Notes: a model not told the origin generated them from the letters alone. A stretch of DNA of 64,000 nucleotides from an uncultured Clostridia bacterium (GCA_944376845.1 CALWDZ010000006.1:964-64963); one strand, 5' to 3'. Shown: positions 18,204 through 28,348, counted from the first letter of the stretch. Numbers and translations are program-made.

Positions 18204-20039
18204 ATGAAGAATGAGAAAATAAGAAATATAGCAATAATAGCACACGTTGACCACGGCAAAACATCTCTTGTCAATGAGATGTTAAAGCAGGGCAATGTTT
18301 TTCGTGATAACCAAGTTGTAATGGATAGAGTTATGGACTCGGGCGCGCTTGAACGCGAAAGGGGTATAACCATTCTTTCCAAAAACTGTAGTTGTGTATA
18401 TAAAGGTGTCAAGATAAATATTGTTGACACTCCAGGACACGCTGATTTTGGTGGAGAAGTTGAACGCGTACTCAAAATGGTTGACGGCGTACTTTTGGTT
18501 GTTGATGCCTTTGAAGGCCCTATGCCACAAACTCGTTTTGTTCTAGAACATGCACTTAAACTTAACTTAAAAGTAGTTGTGGTAGTGAATAAAATAGATA
18601 GGCAAGATGCAAGAATTGGCGAAGTTGTGGATGAGGTTTTGGAATTGTTTATGGATTTAAACGCAAGTGATGAGCAACTTGATTCACCTTTTGTATATGC
18701 ATCCGCACGAACAGGCAAGGCAAGTCTTGACCCAAACAAAGAAGGTGAAAACTTTATTCCGCTTTTTGAAACAATACTTTCACACATACCAGCACCAGAG
18801 GGCGAACAAAATGCACCACTTAGAATGCTTGTTTCTTCTTGTGAACATAATGACTATGTCGGCAAACTTGCAATAGGCAAGGTGGAAAGGGGAAATGTCA
18901 AAGTTGGAGATAACATTGTACTTTGTAACTACCATGACAGTCAGAAAAACTCAAAAGGTAAAATTGTTTCACTTTTCACATATAGTGGACTAAAGAGAGA
19001 AACAGTTCAAAGTGCCGAAATGGGAGATATAGTTTGTATTGCTGGGCTTGAAGATGTTCAAATAGGTGATACAATATGTTCACCAGAAGATGTTACCCCA
19101 CTTGAATTTGTCAAGATTGCAGAGCCAAGTGTTGAAATGACATTTTTGGTCAACAATAGTCCATTTGCGGGCAAGGAAGGTAAGTATGTAACAAGTAGAC
19201 ACCTTCGCGAAAGATTGTATAAAGAAGCGGTAAAAGACCTATCTTTAAAAGTTGCGGACACACAAAGTTCTGAGGCATTTACAGTTTGTGGACGTGGAGA
19301 AATGCATCTTAGCATTTTGATAGAAAATATGCGCCGTGACGGTTACGAGTTTCAGGTAAGTATGCCAAGGGTTAGATTTCAACAAATAGACGGCAAAAAG
19401 TGTGAACCAATAGATATAGTCACCTTAGATGTTCCACAAGATAGCGTAGGAACTGTTATGAACAAAATGGCACAGCGAAAAGGCGAACTTATAAAAATGA
19501 CGCCAAAAGGTTCTAGAATGAAAATGGAGTTTTATATTCCAGAGCGTGGACTATTTGGCTATAAAAGTGAACTTTTGACCGACACAAAAGGTGAAGGCAT
19601 TATGGCATCAGTGTTCTATGATTATGAGCCATACAAAGGCGAAATAGATAGACGTGTCTATGGTTCGCTTATTGCCTATGAAGCAGGTGAGGCAATAGTG
19701 TATGGACTTTACAATGCACAGGAGCGTGGTGAATTATTTATAACACCTGGCACAAAAGTGTATGGTGGCATGGTTGTTGGAAGAAATCCTAAAGGCGAAG
19801 ACTTAGTGATAAATGTATGTAAGCGTAAACATCTTTCAAACACCCGTTCAAGTGCTTCCGATGACGCACTCAGACTTGAAACGCCAATTGTTATGAGCCT
19901 TGAAGATTGTCTAGAATTTTTGGCAGACGATGAATATTTGGAAGTTACACCACAAAATATTAGAATAAGAAAAATTATTCTTGACCACAATATGCGTCTT
20001 CGCGAGCGTGGCAAGATGTTAAGGGGTGAAAATGAGTAA
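18204..20039 (+). CDS. typA: Translational GTPase TypA/BipA
   Basis: 611 aa. G1 'AHVDHGKTS', G3 'DTPGHADF', G4 'NKID'. The EF-G-like domain order and length are characteristic of BipA. Confidence 0.95.
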   Translation: MKNEKIRNIAIIAHVDHGKTSLVNEMLKQGNVFRDNQVVMDRVMDSGALERERGITILSKNCSCVYKGVKINIVDTPGHADFGGEVERVLKMVDGVLLVVDAFEGPMPQTRFVLEHALKLNLKVVVVVNKIDRQDARIGEVVDEVLELFMDLNASDEQLDSPFVYASARTGKASLDPNKEGENFIPLFETILSHIPAPEGEQNAPLRMLVSSCEHNDYVGKLAIGKVERGNVKVGDNIVLCNYHDSQKNSKGKIVSLFTYSGLKRETVQSAEMGDIVCIAGLEDVQIGDTICSPEDVTPLEFVKIAEPSVEMTFLVNNSPFAGKEGKYVTSRHLRERLYKEAVKDLSLKVADTQSSEAFTVCGRGEMHLSILIENMRRDGYEFQVSMPRVRFQQIDGKKCEPIDIVTLDVPQDSVGTVMNKMAQRKGELIKMTPKGSRMKMEFYIPERGLFGYKSELLTDTKGEGIMASVFYDYEPYKGEIDRRVYGSLIAYEAGEAIVYGLYNAQERGELFITPGTKVYGGMVVGRNPKGEDLVINVCKRKHLSNTRSSASDDALRLETPIVMSLEDCLEFLADDEYLEVTPQNIRIRKIILDHNMRLRERGKMLRGENE

Positions 20040-20316
20040 AAAACCTACCGAACAGGATATAAAAAGGCAAAAAGCCCATGCAATGAAATTAAGCATTAAG
20101 CGCACATGGATATGTGTTGCCATTGTTGCGCCTGTGTTTATAATTTTAACATATGTATTTTCGCTTGTTCCATTGCCAGTTTGGCTTATTATGCTTTTAA
20201 ATGTCATAATAGGCGGTTTAATTTGTTTACTTGTTTATATCATTTCTGATAAAATAGAACAAAAGAAAAAAGCAAAAGAAATACTGGAACCACATGATGA
20301 TCCGTTTTCAGATTAA
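20032..20316 (+). CDS. Small membrane protein (two TM helices), function unknown
   Basis: ORF overlapping the typA stop. The ATG at 20032 is preceded by AAGGGG. Two hydrophobic helices. Confidence 0.45.
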   Translation: MSKKPTEQDIKRQKAHAMKLSIKRTWICVAIVAPVFIILTYVFSLVPLPVWLIMLLNVIIGGLICLLVYIISDKIEQKKKAKEILEPHDDPFSD

Positions 20317-20327
20317 AAGGGGAAAAT

Positions 20328-21800
20328 ATGGCACTAACAAATGTAAAAACAATGCCACACAGCATTGAGGCTGAGCAATCGGTACTTGGTTGTATGCTTA
20401 TTGATAACAATGTTGTTACAAAAATTACGGCAAGACTTTCACCGTCAGATTTTTATAGCGAGGCACATAAAAATATATATGAGTCTATGCTGGAACTAAA
20501 CAACATCAATCAGCCAATAGAATTTGTCACAGTTGTGGACAAACTGGAAAAAAACAACACTTTAAATGCCGTTGGCGGTGCTGATTACATCAACACGCTT
20601 ACAAACGCACTTCCAAGTGCAGCCAACTTTTCTATATACGTTGACATTGTTAAACGTGATAGTATGCTTAGGGCACTTATTTCGGTTTCAAATCAAATAG
20701 CAGAAATGGCGTACTCATCAGATGATGGGCAAAAAACACTTGAATATGCCGAGGGTCTTATATATAGCCTTGCTGAAAAACAGCAACAAAGTGACCTTGA
20801 GCACATTGCGCCAGCACTTAGCGAAGCAATTTCAAATATGGATGAAATTGCAAAAAATGGTGGAAAAATAAAGGGCATATCAACAGGTATTACAGAGTTT
20901 GACCAACTCACAAATGGACTACAAAACAGTGACCTTATTCTTCTTGCTGCACGTCCTGGTGTTGGTAAAACATCTTTTGCACTAAACATTGCAATAAACG
21001 CTTGCCTTGACCAAAATAAAACTTGCGCTATATTTTCGCTTGAAATGCCAAGAGTTCAACTTGCACAGCGTGCCATTTGTAGTGTAGCAAAGGTTAGTAT
21101 GAGTAAGGCTAAAAAAGGCACACTTACTACTGATGACTGGAAATATATTTGGACAGCCAATAAAAAACTAAGTGAAGCAAAAATTTACATAGATGACTCT
21201 TCAATGAACCGTCCAAATGACATCTTGGACAAGTGCCGTAGACTCAAACGTGAAAAAGGTCTTGATATTGTAGTTATTGACTATCTTCAACTTATGACTG
21301 GTATGACCAAAACAGATAATCGTCAACAGGAGATAAGCGAAATTACAAGATATCTAAAAATCACAGCCAAAGAACTTAATGTTCCAATCATTCTTTTGTC
21401 GCAACTTAGTCGTGCCATTGAACAGCGTAAAGACCATAAACCAATGCTTAGTGACCTTCGTGAGTCAGGTGCTATTGAGCAAGACGCAGATATAGTTTTG
21501 TTTATAGATAACCCAGATAAATACAACGATGTTGTCAATCCAAATGAGCCTGGAATATGCGAACTTGTTGTTGCTAAGCATAGAAATGGCGAAACTGGAA
21601 ATATTAAAATGCGATGGGTCCCAGAATATACGCTTTTTGTTGACCCAGACAAACGTCTTGAAAAGCGTGACTATGGCGATGCAGTTAAAGTTGTTCCAGA
21701 TGGTGCATATGGTGGTGCACCAGAAATTAGCGATGAAGACCTAAAGGACTTTAACTTTGACGAAATAGCCACTGCATTCGATGACAAAAAGTTAGATTAA
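20328..21800 (+). CDS. dnaB: Replicative DNA helicase DnaB
   Basis: 490 aa. N-terminal 'PHSIEAEQSVLGCML', Walker A 'ARPGVGKTSF', 'DYLQLM', 'SQLSRAIEQR', 'RESGAIEQDAD'. Confidence 0.95.
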   Translation: MALTNVKTMPHSIEAEQSVLGCMLIDNNVVTKITARLSPSDFYSEAHKNIYESMLELNNINQPIEFVTVVDKLEKNNTLNAVGGADYINTLTNALPSAANFSIYVDIVKRDSMLRALISVSNQIAEMAYSSDDGQKTLEYAEGLIYSLAEKQQQSDLEHIAPALSEAISNMDEIAKNGGKIKGISTGITEFDQLTNGLQNSDLILLAARPGVGKTSFALNIAINACLDQNKTCAIFSLEMPRVQLAQRAICSVAKVSMSKAKKGTLTTDDWKYIWTANKKLSEAKIYIDDSSMNRPNDILDKCRRLKREKGLDIVVIDYLQLMTGMTKTDNRQQEISEITRYLKITAKELNVPIILLSQLSRAIEQRKDHKPMLSDLRESGAIEQDADIVLFIDNPDKYNDVVNPNEPGICELVVAKHRNGETGNIKMRWVPEYTLFVDPDKRLEKRDYGDAVKVVPDGAYGGAPEISDEDLKDFNFDEIATAFDDKKLD

Positions 21801-21806
21801 ATTAAA

Positions 21807-22505
21807 ATGACAAAATTACAAGTTTATAACATTTTAAAAGTAAGTTTGGTTGCAGTTCTTTTTATGTTTGCATTTGAACTGCTGTTTAGTTTTGACTCCA
21901 TTACAGACGCAATTTCAAATTATATTGCCAGTATGCACGGATTTGTACTGTATCTTATCATATATCTAATTATGGTAATTCAAGTGTGCCTAATTCCAAT
22001 ACCGGTGTATGTAGTTGTAAATGCATGTATTCTTATTGATAGCATGAACTTGTCACTTACAAGCGCAGACGGCTGGATATTTATATTGGTCACCATGCTT
22101 GCATATATGACGGGCGTTGCACTTGCATATCTACTTGGACGAAAGTTTGGTAGCAAAGCAGTCAAATGGTGTGCAGGGAGCGAAGAGGACTATCAAAAAT
22201 GGGTGAACATATTTAACAACAAAGGTAAGTGGTATTATGCACTAACTGTGCTTTTGCCAATTTTCCCAGATGACATACTTTGTATTGTTGCTGGTGGCGT
22301 AAAAATGGACTTTACCTTTTTTATGATTGTAAACTTCATTTGTAGATTTTTGGGGCTTATTACAATGATTTACTCTCTTGGCTTTGCCCAAAGTCTAAAT
22401 GACGGCGGTTTCCCATGGACACTAATTGCATGGGGAGTTGCACTTGTTTTGAATGTAATCGCACTTATTGTGATGAAAATAATGCTTAAAAGAAAACAGG
22501 CGTAG
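21807..22505 (+). CDS. TVP38/TMEM64 (DedA-related, SNARE-associated) family membrane protein
   Basis: 232 aa and polytopic. The 'LLGRKFGSKAV' and 'LLPIFPDDILCIVAG' motifs are typical of this family. Confidence 0.65.
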   Translation: MTKLQVYNILKVSLVAVLFMFAFELLFSFDSITDAISNYIASMHGFVLYLIIYLIMVIQVCLIPIPVYVVVNACILIDSMNLSLTSADGWIFILVTMLAYMTGVALAYLLGRKFGSKAVKWCAGSEEDYQKWVNIFNNKGKWYYALTVLLPIFPDDILCIVAGGVKMDFTFFMIVNFICRFLGLITMIYSLGFAQSLNDGGFPWTLIAWGVALVLNVIALIVMKIMLKRKQA

Positions 22506-22517
22506 TCGCCCGTTTTT

Positions 22518-22937
22518 TTATTCAAAATCCATAAAATCATCTATATAACATTCAAGATATTTTGCAAGCATAATAAGAGTTTCAAATTTAGGTAATTTTC
22601 CATTTTTCCAATATGAAAAATTACTTCGACCAATACAAATATCTTTTGCAAGTTTTGCTTGTGATATATTTTTTTGTTGCATATTACTACAAAGTTTACT
22701 ATAAAAATTTATAGGCTTGTTTTTATATTGTTTAAAGTTGTTTTTATCACTTAAATGTGCTAAATAATCAAGAGAAATTTCTAAATAATTTGCAATTTTA
22801 ATAATTTGTGGCAAATAAGGCGTATAAATTTTATATTGATAAAATGTTCGTTCGCATATGATTCCAGCAAATTCCAAGTCTTTAAATGTTTTATTTTGTT
22901 CTAACAAAACATCATTAAGCATAGTAAAAAAATTCAT
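22518..22937 (-). CDS. XRE-family transcriptional regulator with two HTH domains
   Basis: 139 aa. Two Cro/C1-type HTH units (..FAGIICERTFYQYK.. and ..SQAKLAKDICIGRSNFSYWKNGK..). Divergent from the DUF1273-like gene. Confidence 0.7.
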   Translation of the reverse strand: MNFFTMLNDVLLEQNKTFKDLEFAGIICERTFYQYKIYTPYLPQIIKIANYLEISLDYLAHLSDKNNFKQYKNKPINFYSKLCSNMQQKNISQAKLAKDICIGRSNFSYWKNGKLPKFETLIMLAKYLECYIDDFMDFE

Positions 22938-23021
22938 AATTTTATTTTTCCCACTTAATGATATTTAAAAACATGCAATTTTTCTTGACATTCATAGGTA
23001 TTTAGCATAATAATTGAAACG

Positions 23022-23474
23022 ATGAATGCAAAAATATGTTGTTTTATTGGACATAGCAAGATTGAGAATAAAGCACAAGTAGAGGAAAAAGTTATAACGG
23101 TTGTGGAAAATCTAATCAACCAAGGTGTTGATGTCTTTTTGTTTGGTGGAAGTAGCGAATTTAATGATATATGCTTTTATATAGTATTTAATTTTAAGAA
23201 AAAATACCCATATATCAAACTTATAGACTATTATACAATTCAAAATTTATTAGAAAAAAATATAAATTTTACTAAAAAAATTTATATATCAAGAAATATT
23301 GAAATGATAAATGACAGTGATATATGTGTTTTTTATTATGATAAAAACTATTTGCCACCTGGGAGAAAAAAAGAAAAAAGGCATTTAACATCACATCAGT
23401 CTAATATTGTCACAAAAACAGCATATGAATATGCAAAAAATAAGAAGAAAATAATAAATATATTTAATATATAA
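23022..23474 (+). CDS. DUF1273/YpsA-like SLOG-domain protein (short variant)
   Basis: 150 aa. The N-terminal 'ICCFIGHSKI..' followed by 'VFLFGGSSEFNDICFYIVFNFKKKYPYIKL' matches the C-F-T-G-H-R ... G-x-A-x-G-x-D ... K-x-x-Y-P pattern of DUF1273 proteins. Paralog at 47306-47782. Confidence 0.5.
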   Translation: MNAKICCFIGHSKIENKAQVEEKVITVVENLINQGVDVFLFGGSSEFNDICFYIVFNFKKKYPYIKLIDYYTIQNLLEKNINFTKKIYISRNIEMINDSDICVFYYDKNYLPPGRKKEKRHLTSHQSNIVTKTAYEYAKNKKKIINIFNI

Positions 23475-23532
23475 AAAAAGTGGAATAAATTACATTATTC
23501 CACAATTTTTTATTTTTTCACTTTATTCTTTA

Positions 23533-23612
23533 GTCATTCTGAGTCCTACGCCAAAGCGTCGACTTACGAAGAATCTCTAGACGTTTCGTTTCGCTCGACA
23601 ACATGACACGGG
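23533..23612 (+). repeat. A-type interspersed repeat unit
   Basis: gtcattctgag..cgaagaatctc..gctcgacaacatgacac, between convergent genes. Confidence 0.75.
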
Positions 23613-23614
23613 GT

Positions 23615-25009
23615 TTAATATCTACATTTATCTAAAATATAGTCTTTCACTTGGTCAATTTTAAGTGTTATTTGTTCCATAGTGTCGCGGTCACGAATTG
23701 TAACTGTACCATTATTTAATGTTTCGTCATCAACGGTTATAGCAAAAGGTGTGCCGATTTCGTCTTCACGGCGATAGCGTTTACCTATGCTACCACTTTC
23801 GTCATAATCACACATAAAGTATTTTGAAAGTTCTTTTTGTAGTTTATGTGCTGTTTCTGCGTGAGTTTTTTTGACAAGTGGCAATACGCATGCCTTATAT
23901 GGAGCAAGCACAGGGGAAAGTGCAAGCACAACACGTGTTTCACCGTCGTCAAGTTTTTCTTCGCGATATGCGTTGCAAAGAACTGCAAGCATAAGACGGT
24001 CACAACCAATTGAGTATTCAACAACATAAGGAATATATTTTTCGTTTGTAACTGGGTCAAGATATTGCATATTTTTGCCAGAAAACTCTTGATGACGACT
24101 AAGGTCATAATTTGTGCGGTTGTGTATACCATTTAGTTCGCTAAATCCAAATGGGAATAAAAATTGGATGTCACAAGCATTTTTTGCATAGTGTGCTAGT
24201 TTGTCGTGGTCTTTAAATCTAAGTTTGTTTGCATCAATACCAATAGAAACAAGATAGTCCCAAGCCTTTTGTTTGTATTCGTTATAGAATTTATCATCAT
24301 CGCACTCTTTGCAAAATAGTTGGTGTTCCATTTGTTCAAATTCAATAGTGCGGAATATAAAGTTCCCTGGAGTTATTTCATTTCTAAATGCTTTACCAAT
24401 TTGAGCAATTCCAAAAGGAACTTTTGCACGCATAGAGCGCTGTACATTTAAAAAGTTTACAAATTCGCCTTGTGCTGTTTCTGGACGAAGATATATTTTA
24501 TCTGTATCATCTTCAGTTACTCCACGCCTTGTTTCAAACATAAGTTTAAATTGTCTTATTGGTGTAAAGTTGTGTTTACCGCAAACAGGGCAGGCGATTT
24601 TGTGCTCTTCTATAAAGTTTTCCATTTCTTCATTTGTCATTTTGTCAGGAATAACATTTTCAATATGGTGATGAGCACAATAATTTTCTATCAAATTGTC
24701 AGCGCGGTGCCTTGTCTTACATTCACGGCAGTCCATTTTTGGGTCAGAAAAAGAAGTTGTATGTCCGCTTGCATCCCAAACGCGTGGGTTCATAAGTATT
24801 GCTGCATCAACTCCAAAGGAATTGTCACTTTCTTGGACAAAACGTTTCCACCAAGTCCTTTTAATGTTATTTTTTATTTCCACACCAACAGGACCATAGT
24901 CCCAAGTGTTGCCCATACCACCATAAATTTCACTACCTTGGAATATAATTCCACGATTTTTGCATAGGGCAACCAGTTTGTCCATAGTTAGTTTTGTTAC
25001 ATCTTCCAT
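23615..25009 (-). CDS. glyQS: Glycine--tRNA ligase (homodimeric GlyQS type)
   Basis: 464 aa. 'RGIIFQGSEIYGG..NTWDYGPVGVEIKNN', the class II motifs 'FRNEITP' and 'GIDRL'-like 'GCDRLMLA', and an anticodon-binding C-terminus. Confidence 0.95.
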   Translation of the reverse strand: MEDVTKLTMDKLVALCKNRGIIFQGSEIYGGMGNTWDYGPVGVEIKNNIKRTWWKRFVQESDNSFGVDAAILMNPRVWDASGHTTSFSDPKMDCRECKTRHRADNLIENYCAHHHIENVIPDKMTNEEMENFIEEHKIACPVCGKHNFTPIRQFKLMFETRRGVTEDDTDKIYLRPETAQGEFVNFLNVQRSMRAKVPFGIAQIGKAFRNEITPGNFIFRTIEFEQMEHQLFCKECDDDKFYNEYKQKAWDYLVSIGIDANKLRFKDHDKLAHYAKNACDIQFLFPFGFSELNGIHNRTNYDLSRHQEFSGKNMQYLDPVTNEKYIPYVVEYSIGCDRLMLAVLCNAYREEKLDDGETRVVLALSPVLAPYKACVLPLVKKTHAETAHKLQKELSKYFMCDYDESGSIGKRYRREDEIGTPFAITVDDETLNNGTVTIRDRDTMEQITLKIDQVKDYILDKCRY

Positions 25010-25025
25010 TGTTTTCTCCTTAAAT

Positions 25026-26063
25026 TTATTGTTCTTGGCTTACGTCGCTATTATCAAAAAGCACTTCTTTTTCTTCCACAGGGTGATTTGCAAGTTCTTC
25101 TCGGCACAAATGAATAAGTTTTTCTTTTAAATCAGCCAAAAGTCCTTCATAGTGGAATGCTGCCACTTGTTCGTGACCGCCTCCGCCCATTTTGGTGGCG
25201 ATTTCGCTTACAGAAACGTCGCCTTTGCTTCTTAAACTCACTTGGTAAGAATTGTCTTCTTGTTTTATTGCAAGTATAGATATGTCAACACCTTTAATTT
25301 CTATTCCGTGGTTGACAATACCATAGGTGTCTTCAACTGTTGCATTGCAATCGGCTATGTCTTGTTTTGTGAGTTTCATAAAAGCAATTCTATCACCAGC
25401 ATAAAAAGTGAGTGAGTCAAGTGCTTGTTTTAAAAGAAACGCCTTGCTTTTTGTGTTATTTTTAAAGAAATGTTCATTTAATGCATCTAAATTTATCTTT
25501 CTTTGAACCATTTCAGTGATTATTTTGTGTGTGTTCACTGTTATAGTGCCTTGTGTTAAGTTGTTTGTGTCGGTGATTATTCCACTGTAAACAAGTTTGC
25601 AGACCTCATCACTTATTTCCATGTTATATATCTTTGCAATTCTGTAAAGCGCCTCACAAGTTGATGATGTGACAAAAACCAAATTGTTATCTGCAAATTT
25701 TTCGTTTGTAATGTGGTGGTCAATATTGATTGTGTTTTGCGTATTTTTAAAAAGTTCAGCATATTTGCCAAGCCTTGAAAGAGATGAACAATCCAAACTT
25801 ATTGCAAGTTCATATGAGTCAAGATGCTGATTATTAAGTTCCACACCATTTATAATTGCGCTATTTAGTTCGCTTATTTCGTCAGCGTCTACAAAAAGGT
25901 CAATTTGTTTTGGCGAATTTTCATCTGTAAAGTTTTGTTTGATAAGTTTTTTTAGTGCCACCATAGAAGCAAGTGCGTCTGCATCTGGCACGGTGTGGCA
26001 CATAATAGCGATACTTTTGCTGTTTTTTATGTCACTAATACATTTTTCCAGCGAGTGTATCAT
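25026..26063 (-). CDS. nrnA: DHH-family phosphoesterase, NrnA-like (oligoribonuclease / pAp phosphatase)
   Basis: 345 aa. 'HTVPDADALAS', 'NIDHHITN' (DHH), the DHHA1 motif 'GGGHEQVAAF'. Only 16 nt upstream of glyQS, so probably one operon. Confidence 0.8.
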   Translation of the reverse strand: MIHSLEKCISDIKNSKSIAIMCHTVPDADALASMVALKKLIKQNFTDENSPKQIDLFVDADEISELNSAIINGVELNNQHLDSYELAISLDCSSLSRLGKYAELFKNTQNTINIDHHITNEKFADNNLVFVTSSTCEALYRIAKIYNMEISDEVCKLVYSGIITDTNNLTQGTITVNTHKIITEMVQRKINLDALNEHFFKNNTKSKAFLLKQALDSLTFYAGDRIAFMKLTKQDIADCNATVEDTYGIVNHGIEIKGVDISILAIKQEDNSYQVSLRSKGDVSVSEIATKMGGGGHEQVAAFHYEGLLADLKEKLIHLCREELANHPVEEKEVLFDNSDVSQEQ

Positions 26064-26140
26064 ACATTATCTCCTTTTTAATTTAAACAAAGGGTAATAT
26101 ATCACAAGTGAGATTATTTGTCAAATCTTATATGCCTGTA

Positions 26141-26232
26141 TGTCTTTCTGAGTATGCTTGTATGTCATTCTGAGCCGAAGGCGAAGAATCCCTTAGATGT
26201 CTCACTTCACTTGACACAACACGAAGGGATTT
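26141..26232 (+). repeat. A-type interspersed repeat units (degenerate plus full copy 26164-26190) in a divergent promoter region
   Basis: tgtctttctgag.. then gtcattctgagccgaaggcgaagaatc..cacttgacacaac. Confidence 0.75.
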
Positions 26233-26271
26233 GAAATGACAGCACTTTCTATTAAAAAGAAAGCGATGTGG

Positions 26272-26300
26272 TTGCAAATCAATTTATTTTATGGTATACT
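26272..26300 (+). promoter_or_regulatory. Sigma-A-type promoter upstream of the ABC-F gene
   Basis: TTGCAA (26272-26277), 17-nt spacer, TGgTATACT (-10 at 26295-26300). Confidence 0.5.
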
Positions 26301-26352
26301 CCTGTAGTTTGTTAAAATAACACTTAATTAAATTATTAGACAAGGAGAAAAA

Positions 26353-27924
26353 ATGCTACAAGTAAGTAATGTAACGTTGCAGTTCGGTGGGAGAGTTTTG
26401 TTTAAAGATGTAAATCTAAAATTCACTAAAGGTAACTGCTATGGCATAATTGGTGCAAATGGCGCAGGCAAGTCCACATTTTTGAAAATACTTACTGGTG
26501 AACTTGAGCCAAACAAAGGCGAAGTCATACGTGACGAAAAAGAGCGTATGAGTGTTTTGATGCAAAATCAAAATGCTTATGATAACCATACTGTGCTTGA
26601 AACGGTGCTACTTGGTCATAAAAGACTTATGGAGATTGCTAAACAAAAAGAAGAACTATACTCAAAGCCAGACTTTTCAGAAGCAGATGGTATGCTTGCG
26701 GGCGAACTTGAAACAGAGTATGCGGAACTTGGCGGTTGGGAAGCAGATAGTGAAGCGAAAACTCTTCTTAAAAGTATAGGTATAGATGAAGATTGCTTTG
26801 AAAAAAAGATGAGTGAAATGGACTCAAAACAAAAAGTCAAAGTGTTGCTTGCTCAGGCACTGTTTTTGAATCCAGATATTCTTATTCTAGACGAACCAAC
26901 CAACAACCTTGACTTTAAAACTACAAGGTGGCTTGAAGAATATCTTTTGAACTTTGAGAACACAGTCATCATTGTGTCGCATAACCGTCACTTTTTAAAT
27001 AAAGTTTGTACGCATATTTGCGATGTCGACTATGGTCAAATAAATATGATGCTTGGTAACTATGACTTTTGGTACGAAACCAACCAACTTCTTCAAAAAC
27101 AAGCAAAGGACCAAAACAAAAAGGCGGAACAAAGGGCAAAAGAACTTAAAGACTTTATTGCACGTTTTAGTGCAAATGCCTCCAAAGCAAAACAGGCAAC
27201 AAGTAGAAAAAAAGAACTTGAAAAACTTACACTCGATGACTTCAAAATTTCTTCAAGACGTTATCCATACATTGATTTTAAATATGAACAAGAGATTGGC
27301 AAAGAAATTTTAATAGTAAAAAATCTCACAAAAAAAGGTTTTTTTGAAAATCTCAGTTTTTCTGTTGGGCGTGATGACAAAATAGTTTTTTTGGCAAACA
27401 ACAGTCTTGCAATTACCAAACTTTTTGATATACTCATGGGCAAAGAGGTGGCTGATAGTGGAACGGTCAATTGGGGCAAAACAATAAAAGCCACATATCT
27501 TCCACAAGATAACCGTGAATATTTTGAAGGCAAGTCGGAAAGTTTAGTCGATTGGCTTAGACAATATTCAAAAGAACAAAACGAAACATATATTCGTAGT
27601 TGGCTAGGACGTATGCTCTTTTCTGGTGAAGAAGCATTAAAACCAGTCAATGTACTTTCTGGTGGCGAAAAGGTTAGGTGTATGTTTGCCAAAATGATGC
27701 TTGAAAGTGGAAACTTTATAATTATGGATGAACCAACAAACCACCTAGACCTTGAGTCCATAACTGCACTCAATAAAGGTATGATAAACTTTAAAGGATG
27801 TATGCTCTTTACCACTCATGACCAAGAGATTGTTGAAACTGTTGCAAACAGGGTCATAGATATTGTTGATGAGCATACAATAAGGGATAAGATGATGACT
27901 TATTCCGAATACATGAATTTCTAG
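26353..27924 (+). CDS. ABC-F family ATPase (two ABC domains, no TM domain; ribosome-associated type)
   Basis: 523 aa. Two Walker A sites (GANGAGKST; second one degenerate), two signature motifs (MSEMDSKQK / LSGGEK), two Walker B sites (ILILDEPTN / FIIMDEPTN), and a charged inter-domain linker. Confidence 0.9.
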   Translation: MLQVSNVTLQFGGRVLFKDVNLKFTKGNCYGIIGANGAGKSTFLKILTGELEPNKGEVIRDEKERMSVLMQNQNAYDNHTVLETVLLGHKRLMEIAKQKEELYSKPDFSEADGMLAGELETEYAELGGWEADSEAKTLLKSIGIDEDCFEKKMSEMDSKQKVKVLLAQALFLNPDILILDEPTNNLDFKTTRWLEEYLLNFENTVIIVSHNRHFLNKVCTHICDVDYGQINMMLGNYDFWYETNQLLQKQAKDQNKKAEQRAKELKDFIARFSANASKAKQATSRKKELEKLTLDDFKISSRRYPYIDFKYEQEIGKEILIVKNLTKKGFFENLSFSVGRDDKIVFLANNSLAITKLFDILMGKEVADSGTVNWGKTIKATYLPQDNREYFEGKSESLVDWLRQYSKEQNETYIRSWLGRMLFSGEEALKPVNVLSGGEKVRCMFAKMMLESGNFIIMDEPTNHLDLESITALNKGMINFKGCMLFTTHDQEIVETVANRVIDIVDEHTIRDKMMTYSEYMNF

Positions 27925-28315
27925 ACTTTCAAAAATCGGCGTGATACTTTGTTCCTGTCGGGCAACTCTCACACAGTCACGTACGCTTTGTACGCTCCTG
28001 CGTGAGAGTACCCGCCGAGCCTCGTCTCACTTGTTTTTTGAAAGTCTATTTTTTAGATGTCTGTAAAAAGCGTCACAATACTTCGTTTGCTGTCAAGCAG
28101 GTTCACACAGTCATTTAGCAAACTAAACTCCTGCGTGAACCCACTTGCCGAGCCTCGTCTTGCTTGCTTTTTGCCAGTTTATAGCAAGTGGGGAAGCAAA
28201 ATTGTGGTTATGTATCCACGGCGTGATACTTTGTTCCTGTCGGGCAACTCTCACACAGTCATTTTTTGTCATTCTGAGTGTGGCTTCCTTGACGGCTGAC
28301 GAAGAATCTCATTTT
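27924..28315 (+). repeat. Intergenic mosaic repeat cluster: E-type long palindromic units (27924-28046, ~28066-28172, truncated 28222-28265) plus an A-type unit (28268-28310)
   Basis: ..ctgtcgggcaactctcacacagtca..ctcctgcgtgagagtacccgccgagcctcgtc.. recurs here and at 37668-37798 and 38168-38205. Unit 1 is closed by gactttcaaaaa / tttttgaaagtc. Confidence 0.85.
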
Positions 28316-28348
28316 TATTAAAAAAACACTTCTATGAAAGTGCTTTTT

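Noticed and set aside
23615-26352. T-box or other riboswitch leaders for the aminoacyl-tRNA synthetase genes (glyQS, aspS, lysS)
   Set aside because: glyQS starts 16 nt after nrnA, aspS has only a ~65-nt upstream gap, and lysS abuts aspS. None of these gaps has room for a T-box, and no T-box consensus (AGAGA..GGTGNRA) was seen in 26064-26352.
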